64,000 bases of DNA, taken from assembly GCF_964204865.1 (NCBI RefSeq), contig NC_135255.1, positions 7,254,001-7,318,000 on the forward strand, written 5' to 3'. The translations under genes and the position numbers were made by a program. The stretch comes from Styela clava (taxonomy: Eukaryota). Below, in pieces: positions 56,301-64,000 of the stretch. Each line of letters starts with the position of its first letter. The first letter of the stretch is position 1. Below the pieces are notes generated by a model that did not search any database, was not told the origin of the DNA, and was given only the letters and a program-made list of their open reading frames with translations.

Positions 56301-58026
56301 GTAAAACGAAAACGAAAATAAAAAAAGATGACACATGCCCATTTAGAAGTGATTACATTACATCAACTCAGGCTGGAATTGAACAAGAATTGCAAAGTGA
56401 CGGAAAAAAAATTTCGACTGAAGCCAAAGAGGAAAAAATATTACAAAATGTATGTAGACTGAATAAAGCAAATTTGACACAATCTATGGATAACACAACG
56501 GAGGATTTTTCGTTGAAACAAAATAAAAATGACCTACTTAACGAAGTATATTTGAACGTTGCAGTAGGAAAACAACTTTCACGGGAGAAGACAAACAGTG
56601 TATTCGATGTGTCTACAACCGAGCAAGAAAATGACGAACTTGAAAACAACACAAAAATGTACTCAACAGACGAAGATAGTCTTTTGGGTGAAACTAAACA
56701 AATAGAAAGACCAATTGGAAAACATTTATTAGATTTTATTGATAACGGATTTGACCGCACAAAATTCGATAAACCCCCAGAGGATTCTCTGTTGGAAATA
56801 AATCCATTTCTTAGCAATCATTGGTTGGAATGTCTTCATTTGGATTTGATTGACCAACAAATTATACGGGATAAATTATTTTTAAATGATAGAATTATAA
56901 ATGCAGCAATGGCGTTAATGAAAATAAAATATCGTCATTTATCAGGACTGAAGGATGTAATAATATCGACAGTGGAAGGATTCCCGATAAAATCCTGTAA
57001 TACCTTTGTTCAAATAATAAACATCAGAAAAAATCATTGGATAACTATTTCGGACCAGTTTTCTGAAAAAATCATGCATCAGTGTATGACAGTCTTTTAT
57101 CGAGTAATTATCCTGAAATCGTGCAAACAGCAGTTTGTCAGCTCTGTGGGACCAATAGTGACAGCATCACAATTGAAGTGATGGCTGTTCAACAGCAGCG
57201 AGCAAATGAATGTGGGTATTTCGCTATAGCCAACGCACTAGCGATTTGCAAAAATGTGGATCCCTGTTTACTGACGTATAGCAATAAATTTAATGAAGGG
57301 CTCGAAATGGCATTTATTCAAAATGATATCGACGTTTTTTGGAGTCACATTAAACCTGAAATACATTCTACCCGAGTACCCAAAACATCCCTTCGGTGGA
57401 CTTGCAAAGTATTTTGCCATTGCAGGATGCCTTGTGATGGATCTGGAACATTAGAGTGCACAGTGTGTGAGAAAATGTTTCATAAAAAATGCGAAACTGA
57501 CGAATTCCGGAACCAGAACTGGAAATGTCGGAATTGTCGTAGTTATTCAGTTGAAGATTCAAAAAAAATGGAGGATTTGAAAACTTGGCAAGATGCCATA
57601 TCATCCCACCATGACACGCCGTTGGTAGTGTCAATCTACAATAGCATCCGTGACCTATTTCCATATACAGCCTTGCCCACTGGTGACAACAAAATTGGAT
57701 GTGTTTCCAACGAAACATATAGCAAATTAAGTGGCAACAACTCCAAAATTTCGACAGGCGTTACATATAAAATCGACCTGGACAAATTCATAATTTTAAT
57801 TTTGGAGCCGGATAAGCTTGATATTTCAGTAATCTTTCACACGATTATGCATGAAATGGCCCATGTCATGGTGCCGGTAACAATAGCCAGCCAAGCACAT
57901 GCAAAAGAATTCAAAAAATATGGGAGATTCATTCTAAGGAATGTTAAATTGAATCGAAAACTGTTACCCGAGCAGTGGCAGTGTTTTCCAATAATTGACA
58001 AGTTAGTTCTTAATAAGTCAGTATGA
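53328..58026 (+). pseudogene. KDZ/Zisupton-like transposase polyprotein (C2H2 fingers, SWIM, CxC, DDE core with SAP, Ulp1-like protease, PHD, SprT-like metalloprotease); two stops and two frameshifts
   Basis: ORFs 53455, 54154 and 54511 share one frame (stops at 54043 and 54412); frameshifts lie near 55180 and 57070. Motifs: CPVCRKEMCSRSLPRHYRNIH; SWIM CRCCKRKHSCVH; CFYC..CPKC..GLHNFND; VVMD; SAP-like KGGKLDIILAI; GGWVSCTCAHGVVYALKFVMRAESPRD; IIDMA; YDRLH; NTQVVEQ; LNDRIIN..NHWI..YDSL..QQQ..ECG; CHCRMP..CTVCEKMFHKKC..WKCRNC; HEMAH. The frame is open upstream to a cattcag acceptor at 53327, so 5' exons are likely. Confidence 0.85.
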
Positions 58027-59510
58027 TTGTACATTTAATATTTTCACATGTAATGAAAATAACTTTCTCGAAATCAAGTTGCAAGTACAAGCTAACAATT
58101 AAATTGTGTAATTATCAAATCTTGCCGTCATTTATTTCGTAGACTAATGTTGTGTCATTTTAATGCTTTAAATTATTGTCCTATTTCTTTACAGCAGGAG
58201 TTTTCGAATGGTGCGACACGGCGCACTGACAAGTCATTTTAATTTTACGTCGCACAAATATTCAATTCGCAATTCATACTCTACTGACTGTATGAGTATT
58301 TAAATAAACTATTACACAACTGTAATCAATAATTACTGATAAAATCAAACCACAATGTTACTTTCCGAGTTCACTGTAAGATAAGTTCAATTAAGCTGAA
58401 ATTTTTGTGAATTTTCCTGAATAACGAATATTCAGCTTGTACTGAAAACGATACAAACGGTTTATCTAAGAGATATATCATAACATCGTTAAGTCCTCAC
58501 GTCTAATAAAGCTAACCGAACTCGATTTTCAGTGTTTCTATCATTTCGTTTTCAAATATTTTCTCACTACTGCGTCGCATGCACGGAGAGTTTTTACAAA
58601 AGGCATCTCATCACATTAAGAACCGCTGCTTTACGGCATCTAAATTGCTATTCTTTTTATTGGTTAGGATTGTTCCATATATACCCTTTTTCAGCATTAC
58701 TACCGTTTCATTCTCTTGTCAATGACATTTCCATATTTTTCTGGTCTTTGCATATAATAAATGACATTTTCAGTTGAATCGTTTATTATTTAACTAACTG
58801 ATAGCTTAACATTTATTTTTAATTTTTTCTTTCTCTTATGCACTGGCGACTTTATGTCTTATTTTGCACAGGCAAAATGTAAAGGCTTACCGGTGAATGA
58901 TGTTTATATCATGGAATGATGTTCATATCATTATTATATCTACTTTCTGCTGGTTGCAAGTCATTTTTTATATTCCATCAATAGCCGTCGTGGAGTTTCT
59001 GTAGGCGTACGCACACTACTTCAATGCGTCAACGAGTATGGATGGTCTCATCTTATAAACATCATCTGGCGATGCTTTCTCGAATAATCAATATGTAACG
59101 TACTGTAATGATAGTTTGCACCAAACTTTAATTTGACTAGTTCGTTATAAAAATAACCAAAGAATAGTTCACTGATAAGAGATTTTCAATGTCGTCGTTG
59201 GCAGCAACACATTTCGCATGTTATCACAATAAACTGTTGTGGAGCTCTATCTTGGGGCATTATGGATTGCAAGCTGTAGTATGTAGGCTATTCATGCACC
59301 ACGAGAGGCTGACATTGTACGCTTCGAACAAATAACATGTAGAGACTCACTTGTCACAATAGAGACTAAATGATGCTAATATCACAATAATTTATTACAT
59401 ATATTTTACACATATATAAGTAACTTCGTCAAAAAGCCGTTTTGGAGTTTCTGAGAGTTATTTTTAAAACCCTTACCCTAACACACTTATTATATTATAT
59501 GTGTATCTAA

Positions 59511-59695
59511 TTGGCTGTATTTGGATATTAGTTGGCTGTATATGGATATCACCAAAATGGCTGTATTCGGATATTAGTTGGCTGTATATGGATATTTAGT
59601 TGGCGCTATATGGATATTTAGTTGGCGCTATATGGATATTTAGTTGGCGCTATATGGATATTTTTGGCTGTATATGGATATCACGTTACCAACCC
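59511..59695 (-). repeat. Right TIR
   Basis: Near-exact reverse complement of 46777-46961, ending cacgttaccaaccc. Confidence 0.9.
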
Positions 59696-62600
59696 CACTC
59701 CATCCAAACGGCAGTTAAGCATTGCCAATGTTAAATAATATTTACCTAGCTATCATCTGCAAAACAATAGCGAATAATGAGATGTAAGACACCACATTAC
59801 TTCTCTCAGCGTTTTTAACCTCGGGCCTAGGGTGTAGAGGCCTTCGAGGTGCCAGAATGGACTCTTCCATGCTGTAGTGTAGATCGTTAAAAGTTTTCGG
59901 AATAGACATGCGTGTCATTTCAATTTTACGCCTGTCTATATCATATATATATCCCAGACCGTGTTTATGCAAACTGAATGGATGTAAGCAAGCTGCGAAT
60001 GTTGACATCGGGATCTGCTGTAGCGAAAAAACTACGGTTAAAATACAAATTAAAGTAGGGATTTCAGTTAGGCCATAATATAGCACCAGATTGGTAGCAA
60101 AGATAGTATTTGTGTTGTATCAAAGACCCTGGGAAAGATGCGGCAGGGCAAAGATGTGTGGGCCATTTTGAATGCAAGATCTACATCATTGTTGAATTGA
60201 AAACTCGACAAAGATGCGGTTGTGCTGAGATGCTCAGGAAATAGTACAGGCGATATTACTTTCATGTCATTTCCACGGTCATTTATTTTCCAGATAGGTG
60301 GCTTTTTGTTTCTTTATTATATCCAAAAAATTTTTTCGTCATGTCAGTCAGTTTGACGAGGTGAACAGCAGTTTTTATTTCTTATTTCTTTTATTTGTTT
60401 TGTCCATCTATATTCTAACGTTTTTCTTTTAAACCCCGCTTTTCTAAGTCTTTACAGCTTTACTAATGCAGTTAGACCTAAGTTCAGGTCTACAACTGTT
60501 GATTAAAAATGTCTACGAAGTGGACGTGTTGACGTGAAACGAAAACGAAAGTTACCATGACTATCAGCTAAATTTAAACTAAATAATATTACAGTTAGGC
60601 CATAACATAGTATTAATGCGACGATTGTTGTCAAATTCATAAATCGAAGACTCGCGGGAGACGATCAAGGAGTAATAAGGTAGCTGTTAATTTATTTACA
60701 GCCATAGGTGCTGTACGTTATACAACTTTGAAAGTTTTATGATTACGTAAATGTCATTATATTATCTTATCTTATTACCCTTAACATGAATCTGATTACA
60801 TATAAAGGTTTTATATTAATGAACTCTTGTGCTGCGAAACGTAGGCCAGACCCAATTTTATGTCTCAATAGCGATTGGAATTGCGAAATTGTCCACACTA
60901 AATAATTACCCTTCAATTTTATGTTGTATTAATATGCATGTGCAGACGGAAGTGGATAGGAGGTGAATCTTCAGCATAACTGGATTCTAACATATATACA
61001 GAACATTTTAACTGAAAGTAAGTTTTTATCAACACAATCATTTTCTTTCCTGTAAGACTTTTTTGCCGTTGTTCACCGCCATATTATAACGATCTTTTAG
61101 TTTGTATTTTATAAATTTAAAATTGGCGATTAAATTCATTTGATAGAAAGAACCGTTTTTATTTCCGATGTTTGTGTTACAGAAATTGTCGGGGTTTGAG
61201 ATTTGTCTTTGAATTTATTCATTGGAAGCTGATTATGAAATAAATGTAGGACGTCCGCTACGTCTGAGTCAAACATGTAAGTTATCAAACAAATTACAAC
61301 AGACGATCCAATGAAGACGGAACAATAAAGTAGTTCCCATGCATAGTGAGGAACTGAGGAAGAAATAAAGAGTTCCAAAATAGGAATAAATTTAGCGAAA
61401 ATGATTAGGTACCACTACCCCGAAATTACTCTTGTTGGGGTTGGGAAGTGAAATTGAATTGAATTCGCACCAAAATTAATTCGCGTACCGTTTATCTTAA
61501 GGAAGGGCAGGAATCGGGTCTGGTTGAAATCAGAAATCCGTGCCGCTATATATTCATTATAAAGAGATGTTCCACGGTGGTACTGTTTGCTTAAATTCCG
61601 CAATTTGTTTTGATTAGGGAACCCCAGAATAATTGCTTTTGCACTTCGTCGGACACTCCTTTGATGCTAATCCTGGTTGCGAGCTTTGTCGATGGAAAGA
61701 AGCGTATGTTTACCCGGGGTGTCGATAGTATTTCAATGTTATTCAGTCACGGTGTTAAAAGTATGGGAATCAAAGTACAACTACGAAAAAGTCAAAGAAA
61801 GCTAAAGAGAAAGCAGGCATGCCAAATGAGTTTGAAGAACAGTCTTTAAAAGAAAAGAAAGCGGTATAAAGAAAAGCAACTCGACATCCAAATTATTTGC
61901 TGTTTTGAACTGTACACAGGGACCTATGAATCGTTTTGGTGATTTTGATGATGTCATTTTGTATTTTTTTCTTGTGAAAAATCTCCTTATTAAATATTAG
62001 ACCAATTGCTATAAAAAAAGTTTAATGACCAAAGGTTGTTCTTGTCTCTAGAAGGCTATTACTTTTCGTGGGATTCGTTTTTCAATTCGACATATTGTTT
62101 TGTCACATCAACAAAATTAAAAATTAAATTAATTGTATTGGTTCAAGAGCGCATGTCAGCGGACCTCGTGAGTTGAGCGAACGTCGGAACTCTGAAACCT
62201 TTTTTTTTTTTGGGGTACGGTATATAATATATATACTACTGTGATGGTAAGTTACCGCATCTATTCGCTGTTCCACAGTACCAGGTTCGCTCAAGATATG
62301 ATTTTCCGAATTGTTGGTTAAAGTTTTCCCCTTGGTCACCGTTTCCATATATTTGAGCATTGCATTCTTGTGATTGATTGACGTGAAATGAGGGAGAACC
62401 AGGTAAATGTCGACTCAAGCCGACAGATGCGATAAGAATCCCCGAAATTGTTTGCACGCGTTTGTTGTCGAGATAACACAACTCACAACAATATAGGTTA
62501 GAATCAAGTTGTTGAACGGAATGACCGCGGCTAACTTAAAACAATTTTGAACTAACACTAGCGTCCCAGACCAATATTAGATGTATAGCGCGATATAGCC

Positions 62601-64000
62601 CTGCGATATATAGCAAGAATAAAAGTTTGGGTAAAGTCATATCAATATTAGGAGGATGCGACAATTGCATATTTGTTACGATCCTCGGCGTGCTAAGCCG
62701 AATAAAGGCTACAACAATTGTCTACCATACAAGTCTTGGCTGCAACAAGAATGCTGGTCAATGGTAACAACAAGCGTCAAAGTACATCAACAGAGTGGTA
62801 CAGCGCACGGTGTCCAAGAGAACACTTCAGCGGACAGAACGAGGCACCAGGTATCCTATGTAGGGCAATTCTGGCCGTGCTTTTCAGGAAGCACTGATCA
62901 GGCCTAATCGGAGTTCCAGGGTCGCCCGGCACCGAGGATATTGGACATAGCTCGTTGCCTTCTGAAAAGCAAAAAGAACCTGGGTGCAGTAGACGAAGCA
63001 GCAGGCAGACACTGGAGGCAATCGATCTAGCATGGATAATAGCCTGAAAATCGTGTTTATATATTTGATATATATATTTGTTTTTTTATTGATCTCTCAT
63101 TGTACAGTTATACTCGACTGGCTGTAAGTTTTAGATCCGTTTACTGTCTTGTACCTACCAAACAAAAAAAAGTCCCTCAAATTTTTTTCCCAAGAACTTT
63201 AGTTACGTAGAATTTACTATATTGTAGCTATTTCTCAGATTTAATGAACGAACTACTTCAAGTTTCTTGTCAATCGGCACTATATTTGCACCCAGGACAT
63301 TCAGGTATACTGTTGCACTCACAGAATTTTGCACACGCTTATAGATTGCACCAGTGGACATTTGTACGCATAGGCATTTGCAACCACGAGTACAGTCCAA
63401 AGAGTGGTGAGGTACGGTTATTTTCAATTTTTATGATATTTGCAAATGGTTATGGCGCTCGACATACTTTTGTACATTTGGTTTTTTTAATCATATGAAA
63501 CTAAACTTAAATTATTCCCAAGCAAGCGATATTAAGAATAATTCGATTGCTAATATCGTTCCATTTCCGCTTACTCACCGAAGTGATTTTTTCAATCATG
63601 GATTGCATGATATCGACGCAACGAAACTCAAGCTTCTGGCAGTTTCGATCTGGCGAAAGGATGTGTGTTGTTTTTAGGTTCACACTGATTTCAATGTAAT
63701 TGTTACATGTCACAAATACGATCAATTTGACAATTAGCAACGCGTCGCTTTGACCAACGGGAAACTTTGAAAACCGGAAGTCTCACGACCCATCTGACGG
63801 GAAGCACTGAACAAAAGATGTACTCAATTCCCATTATCGCAACTGTTTCATCATAAAGTGGCGAATAAGATAAAACATTGGCGAAGAAATCATGCCCACA
63901 CGGAATACGCAGCCATCGCTGCTGCAGTATTTCAGTGCCCGCAAAACAGGCCTTCAATGATGGTGAATAGTCCGGCAAAAGAGGTGATTAAGGTAGTAGG

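Larger units (their letters stand above)
46774..59700 (+). mobile_element. ~12.9 kb KDZ-superfamily (Zisupton/HMGXB3-like) DNA transposon, full-length but decayed
   Basis: It has ~185 bp TIRs (46777-46961 and 59511-59695), the direct repeat catccaaacg just outside both ends (46764-46773 and 59701-59710), and an internal KDZ transposase frame. Confidence 0.85.

Noticed and set aside
56106-57718. Minus-strand ORFs of 78-149 aa
   Set aside because: Antisense shadows of the transposase frame.
59742-61849. Short ORFs, including a hydrophobic 61136-61603 stretch
   Set aside because: No recognisable domain or consistent splice structure.
62640-63050. Possible REL-endonuclease LINE (HERO/NeSL-like) 3' fragment
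   Set aside because: Only faint motif echoes (QVLAA, GAVDEAA) across broken frames.

Overview
AT-rich eukaryotic genomic DNA with GT-AG introns, a SINE and MITEs. It looks like an invertebrate; an ascidian or similar marine invertebrate is a guess I cannot confirm. Four zones: (1) 1-~26.6 kb is a mosaic tandem array of head-to-head pairs of small 4-exon genes (type A on -, type B on +). Each encodes only a DEPDC1-like DEP domain plus a short S/K/R-rich tail; some copies are intact and some broken. (2) ~26.6-29 kb holds transposon debris: an internally deleted hAT and a DINE/HINE-like repeat. (3) ~29-45.3 kb is a second array of ~4.3 kb units carrying an inverted, more diverged version of the same pair (decayed B on -, A-like type C on +), with a Gypsy gag/PBS fragment between the genes. 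A LINE ORF1-like relic follows. (4) ~46.77-59.70 kb is a ~12.9 kb KDZ/Zisupton-like DNA transposon with ~185 bp TIRs, a candidate 9-10 bp TSD and TIR-like internal minisatellites. Its disrupted ~1,560-codon frame reads C2H2 fingers, SWIM, CxC, DDE core with SAP, Ulp1-like cysteine protease, PHD and, unusually, a C-terminal SprT-like HExxH metalloprotease. The last ~4.3 kb could not be confidently assigned. All domain calls are by-eye motif recognition; no searches were run.
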